A stretch of DNA of 64,000 nt. Origin: Sedimentisphaerales bacterium. GTDB lineage: Bacteria > Planctomycetota > Phycisphaerae > Sedimentisphaerales > SM23-30. The first letter of the stretch is position 1. Each line of letters starts with the position of its first letter. Under the pieces are notes generated by a model. The model was not told the origin of the DNA. It did no database searches and saw only the letters and a list, made by a program, of their open reading frames with translations. The stretch spans positions 96,001 to 160,000 of the forward strand of contig CAXXFK010000015.1 of NCBI GenBank assembly GCA_963663965.2, in the 5' to 3' direction. This document shows, one piece after another, positions 21,901 to 30,905 of the stretch. The position numbers and the translations under genes were made by a program.

Positions 21901-22731
21901 CAGGCCTTGATCCAATGCCCACGCCATACCCATTAACTCCGGCAGAATTTCATGAGTCAGGTAGGATTCATATTTGTCCAAACCCGCCTGTTCCCGGCAG
22001 TATTGGATCAGTGATTGCAAACGCTGAATCACCTGCCCCAACCGGTCATTCAGCATCCATCCTTGCAACGCAATCAATCTTAACTGATCAACCTGGCCTG
22101 CTTTGGCATAATTTAATTCATCCTGGCAGGCCAGACGCCAGCCCTGCGGATCAACCAGCGTTTGCATAAATCGATCCAGGTCCAGGATCATATCGACTAC
22201 GATACGATCCGATTGCACCCCATAGGTTCGGATAAAACGGGCAAATTTCCTGGAAAATGTTTGCGTTGGATCGGATTCATAAACCTCATAAGCATCCTCC
22301 AGCACCTCTTCAGCCGTTTGCAGGCGAATCAATTCGGCATCGTATTCGTCCAGAACTTCATAATCCGGATCGATGCCGGCCAGATAAAAATACTCGCGTA
22401 AAATGCTGCTGCAAAACGAATGAATCGTCGAGATCGTTGCCTTATCCAGTAAAACCAGCTGACGGCGAATCCGGTCGTCACGATACTGAGCAACCCTTTC
22501 CATTAAAACCCGGGCTATTCGTGTCCGCATCTCAGCAGCCGCATCTTCAGCAAACGTCATCACCAGCAATTCATCGATATCACAGGGTTGCAGCGCTTCC
22601 GTCAGCAGATAGACGCAGCGTTGAGACAGGACGGCTGTCTTGCCCGAGCCGGCCGAAGCGGTCAGCAACAGATCGTCACCCAGGGTGTGGATCGCCAGTT
22701 TCTGATGCGCAGTCCAATTGGGATTAGCCAC
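18919..22731 (-). CDS. addA: helicase-exonuclease AddAB subunit AddA
   Basis: ASAGSGKT, LVDEYQD, VGDVKQSIYSFR, TIHKSKGLEF, LYVGMTRA, GIIDCL..LDYKT nuclease; GTG start at 22731 with GAGGAGG RBS. Confidence 0.95.
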   Translation of the reverse strand: MANPNWTAHQKLAIHTLGDDLLLTASAGSGKTAVLSQRCVYLLTEALQPCDIDELLVMTFAEDAAAEMRTRIARVLMERVAQYRDDRIRRQLVLLDKATISTIHSFCSSILREYFYLAGIDPDYEVLDEYDAELIRLQTAEEVLEDAYEVYESDPTQTFSRKFARFIRTYGVQSDRIVVDMILDLDRFMQTLVDPQGWRLACQDELNYAKAGQVDQLRLIALQGWMLNDRLGQVIQRLQSLIQYCREQAGLDKYESYLTHEILPELMGMAWALDQGLIETTIDRIHLFAFPRKPGIKDKTPGSEFVFKQIDAVKKQYQQIAEHYALSRQTILRQQVAGADCLEVFLELQDRYRQRYEALKQTRNALDFSDLEHKILALLLDDTGQPSEAAEQLRHRYRHILVDEYQDISPVQEAIIRAICRTTHSGRGGNVFMVGDVKQSIYSFRQADPEIIQDKARRFSTLEPDQLAQGAVNLRLNENFRSRRHIIEGINTIFSRCMTESFCGIDYGGREQLIYGAAYYETESSQPPGVIEVHLLEKDARSDVAPAEGDDPDSVESGGGDDSESDIDLLDRTRREATLAALRIRELLGLEGGPGMEVYDARLGASRPVRCRDIVVLMRSMKMRAELYCEVFHRMGVPVHAELSSGFFTAVEIQDMIHLMKLLDNPRQDIPLAAALRSPIVGLDESQLAAIHQAALGEEFFDACQKARHWADKENPVVEKLNRFFEQLEDWRTAARQGHLGDLVWRIYHETNLPAWMAGMHEGRQRYSNLLAFYEQACRFDRFTSQGLARFLHFIDKVRQEEGDFGPAPVLTDADDVVRIMTIHKSKGLEFPVVILADLGKQFNLQGGSGSFVYDRADRGGIGMRLIDPVSRDSWPQLSYKIITDQQRRRKLAEEMRILYVGMTRAREHLILTGTGSLDKIRDVMRFCRDLPGETLQDFILDGARCALDWLMPALATHPSMQAFAGEPGCEVITDQEAPARFSLFRYDVGDLTAMMNRAGQNKQRFKPVWDIARCLTAGDAEAVGQADRIIERLSWRYPCEPLTQLVATASVTSLKRSRLPADPDDYAVPVGITGKVPAMEPELFDIIPRFMAESQPGLSAAQIGSATHLVLQRLELTGRLDDADVRSQVARLVTLKQMTIAEAEQVNISNLVNFFAGGTGRLLTRAPGKVYREWPFALQLPVREIWPGTDCDQGVLLRGIIDCLIETPEGYIILDYKTDQIELERLPQRAESYRLQMQMYCQAVTEILKRPVIGQILYFLALNQAYEID

Positions 22732-25700
22732 CGAACACCTCCTCATGCCCCATGCGTTCAAGCAGTGTTTCCCGGTCGACTGTCGGCAAATGGCGGTAAG
22801 TATCAATCGCCGGATCGAATCGACACACCCCGCGATAATGGCACCAGGTACAGGGTGTATGCTGTTCACGATAGCGGTACGGTTTTATCTCGATATTGCC
22901 ATCGGCAATCCCCTGACCCAATTTCTCCAGCATTTGCCGGCAATATCCGACCATGGCGGCTAAGTGGTCTTCAGAAACCACACTCGTCGTTTTCCCGGGA
23001 GTACCATCTTTCTTAATGTAAAAGTCGTAATAAAATGAAGCCCCGCTGCTCAAGGTGTCCAATACGGATACATAACTGCTGTTAATAATGCCTTTGGCTT
23101 TATGACGGGCCGGAGTCGGAGTCCCGGCCGCATCTAACACCTCATCCGGCGGCGAACTGTTATGTGATTTCCCTTTGCGATTGATAGGCATGTACAAGGC
23201 CCCTGCCGGCCGGCAGGCTCTCTTTAGTCCCGGTATACCCGATTGCAGTAATACCAGCAGATAGGTCATCAATTGGATTTCTAGACCATAATAAAAACGG
23301 GCTATGTCCCAATCGGATCGGGAGGATTTAAAATCGTAAACTACAAATGCCGGCGGTAGCCCTTCCGGTTGATAGCTGTCAACCCGGTCAATCAATCCAC
23401 TTAACCTTAGTTCAATTTGATCGTTTAATGACAGGCTTAACGGCGGCAATACACCCTGTTCGCCAAAATAAAGCTCGGCATAACATTGTTCAAAACGCCC
23501 CGCCCGGGCCATTTCCGCCAGCGATCCACATAGTCGCGTAATCTGCGTGACCGCCATGTCGAATAAAAACCGGTTCCGGGCCGATTGGGTTAACAATCCC
23601 GCCAGTTGGGGATCGTCCTGTTTTAATTGACTGGCTACCCGGGCGATTAATGCTGGAAATTCGTCCGGATTGTAATCTTTCCAATTGCTGTCCTGACGCT
23701 TCAGGGCATGATAGGTTTCCTCCAATATCGCATGATACAAACGCCCCAGATCGATCGGTTTTAATGTTAATAATTCACGTTCTTTCAACCCCAGGTTGTA
23801 ATGGCAATAATACTGAAATGGACATGCGGCAAAACTCTCCAATTGAGTGACGCTCATTGTGGTTCGGTCCGAACGAACCAGGGCGGCAATCTCAGCATCA
23901 AGAACGGCCTGGTTCTGCCAGGTGACTCCTGCCAGACTGGATGTCAATATCGGCGCCAGCGACTTGGACACCTTCGACTGTCGATAAAGTTCAGACCAGA
24001 TCGGTGAAATGGTCTGATTCCCGCCGCCATGGCATTCTGCCAGGGCGCCGGCCAGTTGAACTGTTAGATGACCTTTAATGGCAATCCGGTCGGGATCGGC
24101 CTGGCTGCGGCTGTCCGGCAAACTGACAATTCGCCCCCCATCGACACATTGGCAGAGTTCGCCAATAAATGGGGAAGGTGTGAGTAACTGACCACCCCGG
24201 TCTGCCAGTGGGTAACTCACCCATAAATATTCCGAAGGCCGGGTAAAGGCGATATACCCCAGATACCGTTCCCGTATCAATCGTTCGGCATCCGGCGCCG
24301 CCATCTCAAAATGATCCAGCACAAATCGGTTTCGCTGCTGGTCGGTAAACAAACCTGTCGGTTTGATCCGCAATGGGAAATGACCCTCATTGACTCCCAG
24401 AACAAATGCTGCCCGGATAAAGGGCTGGCGGGATCGCTCAATGGCGCCAACCAATACCTGGTCGATGGCCGGGGGTATCAACGGCAATGTCATCTGACTC
24501 AATGCCGAACCAAGTATATCGGCATATTCTGTCACATCCATGGGCTGTTCCCCCAGGGCCTCAACCAGCTCATCAAAAACATCCATCAATTGCCGGTATA
24601 TCTGACGGTGAATCTGAGCCCGGTCCAGAATCCCCTGTTTTTCATCCTCCTGACACCACTGACTCAGCCGATTCGGAATGTCAAGATCGAAGAAAAAATG
24701 TACCAGTCCGGTGCTGATCGCGCAGGCAGTCAACCCGCTTTCGTGGCGCAACCGGGCAAACTCGCGGCTTAAACGCAGCAACGGGCCTAGAGCTTGCCGA
24801 CGAATCGCGTCAATTGAAGCCTCTTGGGACCACACCTCATCCCGCATCCACAACCCACCCCGAATATCGTGTGCCAGACAATAATTTTCCAACCGGTCGG
24901 CTTCTTCTCTCGATACCGGCGCCAGATCGCTCTTGAGATAGTCCATCATATGTTCAAGCCGGAAATCATCCCCAAGAATGGCCGGCGCTGCGCGGACCAG
25001 CTTGATCATGGGATGATGACCCACTCCCCGGCGCACATCGCAGAAAAATGGAATGCCATGCTCCTTGAATACCGTTTCAATTAATTCCTGATAACCTTCC
25101 AGCGATCGTAAGATCACTGCGATTTCTCCATAACGATAACCTTTCTCGCGACATAACGCCAGAATTTGATACGCAACGGCATTTACCTCATCACGTTGAC
25201 TGGCTGTCGCGATCAGATGGACATCATCCGGGCAATTGCCCTCTGGATTCCCGGCCTGCCCGGTCAGAAAACGTTTTTCGATCTGGAGGATTCCTGGTGC
25301 CTCTTTGAATCGGGGCATCACCTTTCCCATCGGCAAACAGTATGGGGCGCCAACCGGACAGGCGCACTCCTCAGCCAGATTCATCAGGCGTTGACAGGTA
25401 TCCAGTACCGGATAAAAAACATCCAGTTCATTCAAACGCCCATCGGGAGTCTGGGCCAGGGCAAACTGCCTGCTGGCGGGATCCAGGCACAAACTGATGG
25501 TCACCTGATCGCTGTGAATCACCAGTGAACGAATCACTTCATACTGCTGGGGGGTAAACCCGGCAAATCCATCAATCCAGACTTGAGCGCCGGTCAGATA
25601 GTCCCCTAAATCGCAACGACTACATAACCAATCCAGATAGTCATCCGGATCGATATAACGACCATCAATGTAATTTTGATAGGCTTCCAGCAAAATTGCC

Positions 25701-26195
25701 AGGTCATCCAGCTTATTCGCCAGGCCGTCACCAGACGTTTTTACCGGCTCGAATTCCATCCGCGTAATCCCGCAACATGGCCGGCGTTTTTCGATACTGG
25801 CGGAGTTCGCGGATCGTACGGCTCAATTCGACAATGAAACCGTTCCGCCGGACCGTGCGGCCGAATAACGTCATCTGATCACCCGCCTGCCAGATAATTC
25901 GCCGCAGGATCAATTGACGTCCCAGTTCACTCAAGGGCCTGAACCCGCCGGCCAAAGTGTCATCGATCATCCGCCGGGCCAGCCTCTGAAAACTGCATAT
26001 CTCTACCCGATGATAACCCATCAAACCGCTCTGCGGATCGGGCAGGGCTTGCTCCATTTGAAAGGTCGCCTGCTCCGGTACCAGCAAAATCAGCGGCGGC
26101 CCCAATGGGGCACGCTGCAATTCTGATCGAATCTGCTCCAGGCAGACATGCGTTTTACCGCTGCCGCTACGTCCGGCTACCAGTTGCACTGTCAT
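22724..26195 (-). pseudogene. addB: AddB split into two frames by a single frameshift near 25738-25742
   Basis: N-part 25728-26195 (GRSGSGKT, LVPEQATFQME) and C-part 22724-25759 (IDGFAGFT, LESFAACPF, GLIDRVD, DFKS, CTWCHYRGVC); may be an assembly error rather than a true pseudogene. Confidence 0.9.
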
Positions 26196-26250
26196 GCCAT
26201 GACTTCCTTATATTGGACGCCTGATTCCGATGATTCTCCCCGCTAAAGCC

Positions 26251-27003
26251 TCAACGACTCTGATTATTCCACTGACGGACCAGATCGGGCAATTCCGCAA
26301 TGCGATCGATAACAGGGATATTTCCCGGAACTTTCTTTTCTCGATTCACTTCTCCCCGTTTAAATACGCCGCGAATGCCCAACTGCTCCGGGCCGCGCAC
26401 ATCTTCCTTAAGACGATCTCCTACCATAACAGCTTGTCCCGGTTCCACACCCAGATGTTCCAACGCCATTTGATAGATCCGGTTGTGGGGTTTTCGCCAC
26501 AGGGTCTCGGAAGAGTATAAACGCAGACAAAAATGATCTATTAAGCCAAATTCTTCCAATTGCCGCTCATGAATAAAAGCGGGTAAAAAGGTATTGGAAA
26601 TAATAGCCAGTTGGATAGCCATGGCCTTAAGTTCCTCCAGCGTTTCCAGGAGATTATCTTCTATCTGGGCAAATTGTTCGGCGTTCTGAAACCACAGGCG
26701 GGTGAGTTCCGCCTTTTGTTGATCATTCAAATCAATCCCCATCGTTTTGACTCGACCTGCCATCAAGTCCATGAAGCTGAATTCCTTCAAGGTGATGATG
26801 GACATTAAATACTGGAACCGGACGGAAAGCCAGTTGCCCCAGTGATAGCGCCAGAAAGGGGGCAAACATACCCTGTTCCCGGAAATATCGCGAAGAAATT
26901 GATAGGTGGCTTCAGCGCCTTCTTTAAACGCCTGATTGACGTTGACCCGGCCAAAATTCAGCAGGGTTTCTCCCATATCGAAAATTATTAATTTTATATC
27001 CAT
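26251..27003 (-). CDS. HAD-superfamily hydrolase
   Basis: IIFDMGETL, IISNT, RKP, MVGDRLKED. Confidence 0.9.
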   Translation of the reverse strand: MDIKLIIFDMGETLLNFGRVNVNQAFKEGAEATYQFLRDISGNRVCLPPFWRYHWGNWLSVRFQYLMSIITLKEFSFMDLMAGRVKTMGIDLNDQQKAELTRLWFQNAEQFAQIEDNLLETLEELKAMAIQLAIISNTFLPAFIHERQLEEFGLIDHFCLRLYSSETLWRKPHNRIYQMALEHLGVEPGQAVMVGDRLKEDVRGPEQLGIRGVFKRGEVNREKKVPGNIPVIDRIAELPDLVRQWNNQSR

Positions 27004-27234
27004 GTTGACGCATAACTTAGCAAAAAGACATCATTTATGCAACCCATACTATGACATTCCTGTCCTTTTTTGGAAATATCTGCCTGTCGTGACAGCCGGC
27101 TTTGCGGCACAGACCTTCACTTTGTTGCCATTTTTTAGCATACTATTCGCCATATGAAACCTAACTCATTATTATACAAATTCTTACAACCTTACCCCTC
27201 ATCTGCCCCCTGTCGGTTTACCCAGACTATTCCA

Positions 27235-27262
27235 TTGACATGACAGCTTTTCATATTATAAT
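27235..27262 (+). promoter_or_regulatory. sigma70-type promoter for the arginine decarboxylase-agmatinase operon
   Basis: TTGACA, 16 bp spacer, TATAAT. Confidence 0.65.
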
Positions 27263-27365
27263 TTTGCATTTGGCTTTGTCCTTTTGCATTACGTTATCAG
27301 GGGCGTTCATCCCAAAAAGTCCCGGATTACGTTTCGTTCCATAATACCTCGTTCAAGGAGACTCG

Positions 27366-27923
27366 ATGGAAAGCCCAAATTTAGTTCCAAAATATATGTT
27401 TCTCACCAAAGGTGTTGGCAAACACAAAACCAAACTTCAAAGTTTCGAATTGGCATTGCGTCATGCCGGTATCGAAAAATGCAATCTGGTTTCTGTTTCC
27501 AGCATTATGCCTCCCCGTTGCACAATGATTACTCGGTCACAAGGCCTGGATCGCCTTCATGCCGGCGAGATTACCTTTGTCGTTCTGGCGCGTGAATCCA
27601 CTAATGAGCCCTCCCGCCTGGTTGGAGCAGGGGTTGGCCTGGCACGCCCGGCTGATGGTGATCAATACGGCTATATCAGTGAACATCATGGCTTTGGTGA
27701 AAAAAAATCACAAATTGCCGATTTAGTTGAAGATATGGCGGCAACCATGCTGGCGACGACTTTGGGTATCGAGTTTGATCCCGAAACCGCTTATGATGAA
27801 CGTAAGGAAATCTACCGTATGTCAGGTAAAATTGTAAATACCCAATCATGCGTTCAAACCGCCGAAGGTGACAAAAATGGACTATGGACTACGGTTATTT
27901 CCGCTGCTGTTTTTATTATGTAA
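27366..27923 (+). CDS. pdaD: pyruvoyl-dependent arginine decarboxylase
   Basis: [25 protein letters not shown] (Ser-Ser self-cleavage site), [18 protein letters not shown]; next to agmatinase. Confidence 0.92.
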   Translation: MESPNLVPKYMFLTKGVGKHKTKLQSFELALRHAGIEKCNLVSVSSIMPPRCTMITRSQGLDRLHAGEITFVVLARESTNEPSRLVGAGVGLARPADGDQYGYISEHHGFGEKKSQIADLVEDMAATMLATTLGIEFDPETAYDERKEIYRMSGKIVNTQSCVQTAEGDKNGLWTTVISAAVFIM

Positions 27924-27950
27924 TTGACGTCCAAACTTCCAATAACACTT

Positions 27951-27985
27951 AAGGATCGGCATCCCTGGGATTGCCGGTCTTTTTT
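27951..27985 (+). terminator. intergenic hairpin with U-tract between pdaD and speB
   Basis: AAGGATCGGCATCCCTGGGATTGCCGGTCTTTTTT. Confidence 0.55.
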
Positions 27986-27998
27986 ATTGAGGTGTATT

Positions 27999-28853
27999 AT
28001 GACCAGACATTTTGGTGACTTCGATCCGCAATTCCTTGATCCGGCCACCGCGGCTATCCATATCTTGCCGGTTCCCTATGATGGCACCAGTACCTGGATC
28101 AAAGGCGCTGACCGGGGACCGGATGCCCTGCTGGATGCTTCCTATAATCTGGAATTCTACGACCTCGAATACGAATCAGAAGTCTTCCAACGCGGCATTT
28201 ATACCTCCCCGGCTCTGGACTGCCCTCCTGACCCGGAAACGCTATCCCGTCAAGTTCGCCAACAATCCGAAGCCCTCTTGAGTGCGGGTCGGTTCCCGGT
28301 GATTATTGGCGGAGAACATTCCGTTAGTATCGGCGCCATTCAAGCCCATGCCCACCATTATTCTGATCTGACCGTTTTACAATTCGATGCCCATTCCGAT
28401 CTGCGTGATTCATATCACGATTCCAGATATAACCACGCCTGTGTCATGGCCCGCGCCCGGGAATGTGCCCGGATCGTGCAAGTAGGCATTCGCAGTACTG
28501 ACACCTGTGAACTGCGGAATATGGACAAAAACCGTGTCTTTTTTGCCCACGATATCTGTGCCGGCCAGAATCCTCAATGGATGGAGCAGGCCTTGGAATT
28601 GTTAACCCGACATGTGTACATTACCATTGATCTGGATGTATTTGATCCGGCTTATGTCCCCGGCACGGGCACACCTGAACCGGGTGGTATGAACTGGTAT
28701 CAGATCATTAACTTCCTGAAACTTGTTTTTGCCCATCGTCAGGTAACCGGTTTTGATATCGTTGAACTTTGTCCGCTGCCCGACAATAAAGTTTCCGATT
28801 TTCTGGCCGCCAAACTGCTGTATAAAATGCTGACCTGCAAATTCAATGACTAA
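27999..28853 (+). CDS. speB: agmatinase
   Basis: GGEHS, DAHSD, DLDVFDP, PGTGTPEPGG; start MTRHFG after GAGGTG. Confidence 0.95.
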   Translation: MTRHFGDFDPQFLDPATAAIHILPVPYDGTSTWIKGADRGPDALLDASYNLEFYDLEYESEVFQRGIYTSPALDCPPDPETLSRQVRQQSEALLSAGRFPVIIGGEHSVSIGAIQAHAHHYSDLTVLQFDAHSDLRDSYHDSRYNHACVMARARECARIVQVGIRSTDTCELRNMDKNRVFFAHDICAGQNPQWMEQALELLTRHVYITIDLDVFDPAYVPGTGTPEPGGMNWYQIINFLKLVFAHRQVTGFDIVELCPLPDNKVSDFLAAKLLYKMLTCKFND

Positions 28854-28859
28854 TTGTCG

Positions 28860-29630
28860 TTATTGGATCACAAACATCCGGCTTCCACCGTCTCGGCGTG
28901 CCAGATGGATGGGGATATCGGTCCCCAGGATGGTCTCTGCGATCTGACGCGCCAGCGCCGGCCGGTTGTTATGTTCGCTCAGATGCGACAGGATCAATAC
29001 CTGCAAGTTATCACAACTGTCACGCACGGTTTCCATGGCTTCCTGATTGGATAAATGCCCGCCTGCTCCGGTAATTCGCCGCTGCAGCCAGTATGGGTAA
29101 GGACCATTAGCCAGCATATCCGGATCGTAATTACTTTCAATATACAAACCATCCAGATCGCTTAACCATTGATCCAGACCATCAAATCGATGCCCAAGAT
29201 CAGTAAACACGCCCAGTTTTTTATTGCAATAACACACCACAAATGCCACACCGGCTATGCCGTCATGCGGCGTTGGAATGGTATAGACCTGAGTTTCATT
29301 GAATCGAAGAACCTGCCCCGGTTCAAAACAGTTCAATCCGTTGTTTCGTAACTGTCCCAAACGTCCACGTGCCGCCTGCCAGGTGCCATGCGTCATATAG
29401 AGGGGCACCGACAACTTGCGTTGCAACACCCCGGCATGACTGACATGATCCGCATGATTATGGCTGATCAAAACCGCGTCGACATCCCATATTTGACGAT
29501 CGTTCTCTGACAACCGGGTTTGCGCCTGACGGCCGCTGATTCCGGCATCGATAATCAAACGGGTATCGCCGGTTTCAACATAGAAACAATTGCCATTCGA
29601 TCCGCTTTGTAATGCACAGGTGTGTATCAT
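28860..29630 (-). CDS. MBL-fold metallohydrolase (YycJ/WalJ-like)
   Basis: SGSNGN, SHNHADH, PHD, ESNYD, GHLSN, HLSEHNN. Confidence 0.9.
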   Translation of the reverse strand: MIHTCALQSGSNGNCFYVETGDTRLIIDAGISGRQAQTRLSENDRQIWDVDAVLISHNHADHVSHAGVLQRKLSVPLYMTHGTWQAARGRLGQLRNNGLNCFEPGQVLRFNETQVYTIPTPHDGIAGVAFVVCYCNKKLGVFTDLGHRFDGLDQWLSDLDGLYIESNYDPDMLANGPYPYWLQRRITGAGGHLSNQEAMETVRDSCDNLQVLILSHLSEHNNRPALARQIAETILGTDIPIHLARRDGGSRMFVIQ

Positions 29631-30053
29631 TTAGGTCTCCCGACCTGAATTACAGGCACATGGCTTAAACGTCGGGATAGCAGCCGGTTTCCCGTGGTCA
29701 TCAATTCGAACCATCACCACGCTGCCATCATAACACAAACGCCGGCTCTCACAACCGGAATCGCATACCGTCACCTGTACCCGGACTTCACAACTGGTGT
29801 TGCCCACCCGCTCGACATGAGCGACGGTTTCCAGAATATGGCCTAAACGCGCCGGAGCATGAAATTCCACATTTTTAATTGCCCGCGTGACAAAATTGCT
29901 ATCCGGCCACGTCCGCACACAGGCGACATACGCCATTTCATCAATAATCGCGAGCAGATGGCCTCCAAATAAATTGCCATATTTATTCAGATGCTCATGA
30001 CGAACAACACAATAATGTTCAAAATGTTTATAAGGTGTATGCGGCTCTGTCAT
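29631..30053 (-). CDS. hotdog-fold acyl-CoA thioesterase
   Basis: HLNKYGNLFGGHLLAIIDE, VGNTSCEV. Confidence 0.88.
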   Translation of the reverse strand: MTEPHTPYKHFEHYCVVRHEHLNKYGNLFGGHLLAIIDEMAYVACVRTWPDSNFVTRAIKNVEFHAPARLGHILETVAHVERVGNTSCEVRVQVTVCDSGCESRRLCYDGSVVMVRIDDHGKPAAIPTFKPCACNSGRET

Positions 30054-30799
30054 TCTTCCTCAAGTTTCTGCATGATCTCATCGGGAATATCGAAATTGGC
30101 ATAAGCATTCTGGACATCGTCATGATCTTCCAGGTCTTCCATCAGCCCCATTATCTTACGCGCCCCATTCTCATCCATCTGAACGGTATTGGAGGGGATC
30201 TGCATAATCTCAGACGCCTTGATCGCAATGCCGTTCGATTCCAGCGCCGCCTTCACCTCGGCAAAGACATCCACCGTCGTCGTGATCTGATAATCGCCGC
30301 TTTCCACCTGAAAATCTTCCGCCCCGGCTTCCAGCGCCAGCTCCATAACCTTCTCTTCATCGGCGCCGCCATCCACGGCAATAATCCCCTTTTTGCTGAA
30401 CAGCCACGCCACACATCCGGTGGCGCCCAACGCGCCCCCTTTCATGTTGAATATCTTGCGCAGCTCCGATGCGGTCCGGTTGCGATTGTCTGTCAGCACC
30501 TCGCACATCACCGCCACACCATCGTTGCCATACCCTTCATACAGCACTTCCTCATAATTAGCGCCGTCCAGTTCGCCCGAGCCTTTCTTGATCGCCTTCT
30601 CAATCGTATCCTTCGGCATGTTGGCGTCTTTGGCCTTGTCGATCGCATAACGTAAGGCCAGATTGGACTCGGGGCTGCCGCCCCCGCTCCGGGCCGCCAC
30701 AATAATTAAACGAGCGATTTTGCTCCACAGCTTGCCTCGCTTCGCGTCCAGCGCCGCCTTCTTGTGCTTGATGCCGGCCCAATGGGAATGTCCTGACAT
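30050..30799 (-). CDS. yebC: YebC/PmpR-family protein
   Basis: MSGHSHWAGIKHKK, YEGYG, TDNRNRT, LEDHDDVQNAYAN. Confidence 0.96.
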   Translation of the reverse strand: MSGHSHWAGIKHKKAALDAKRGKLWSKIARLIIVAARSGGGSPESNLALRYAIDKAKDANMPKDTIEKAIKKGSGELDGANYEEVLYEGYGNDGVAVMCEVLTDNRNRTASELRKIFNMKGGALGATGCVAWLFSKKGIIAVDGGADEEKVMELALEAGAEDFQVESGDYQITTTVDVFAEVKAALESNGIAIKASEIMQIPSNTVQMDENGARKIMGLMEDLEDHDDVQNAYANFDIPDEIMQKLEEE

Positions 30800-30905
30800 A
30801 TAAAAAAACTCCAAATAAAATCTGATTTAACTTAAAAAACTATTGTTCACAATTAAACCCGGTATTTTATCCTGTATTCTTAAATTTGCCACTATAAATT
30901 CCTGC

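Noticed and set aside
22732..22869. N-terminal extension of AddA in the ORF track (likewise for leuS, uxuA, speB and the YyaL-like gene)
   Set aside because: Overlaps the neighbouring gene or lacks family-like sequence; downstream starts fit better with RBS and conserved N-termini
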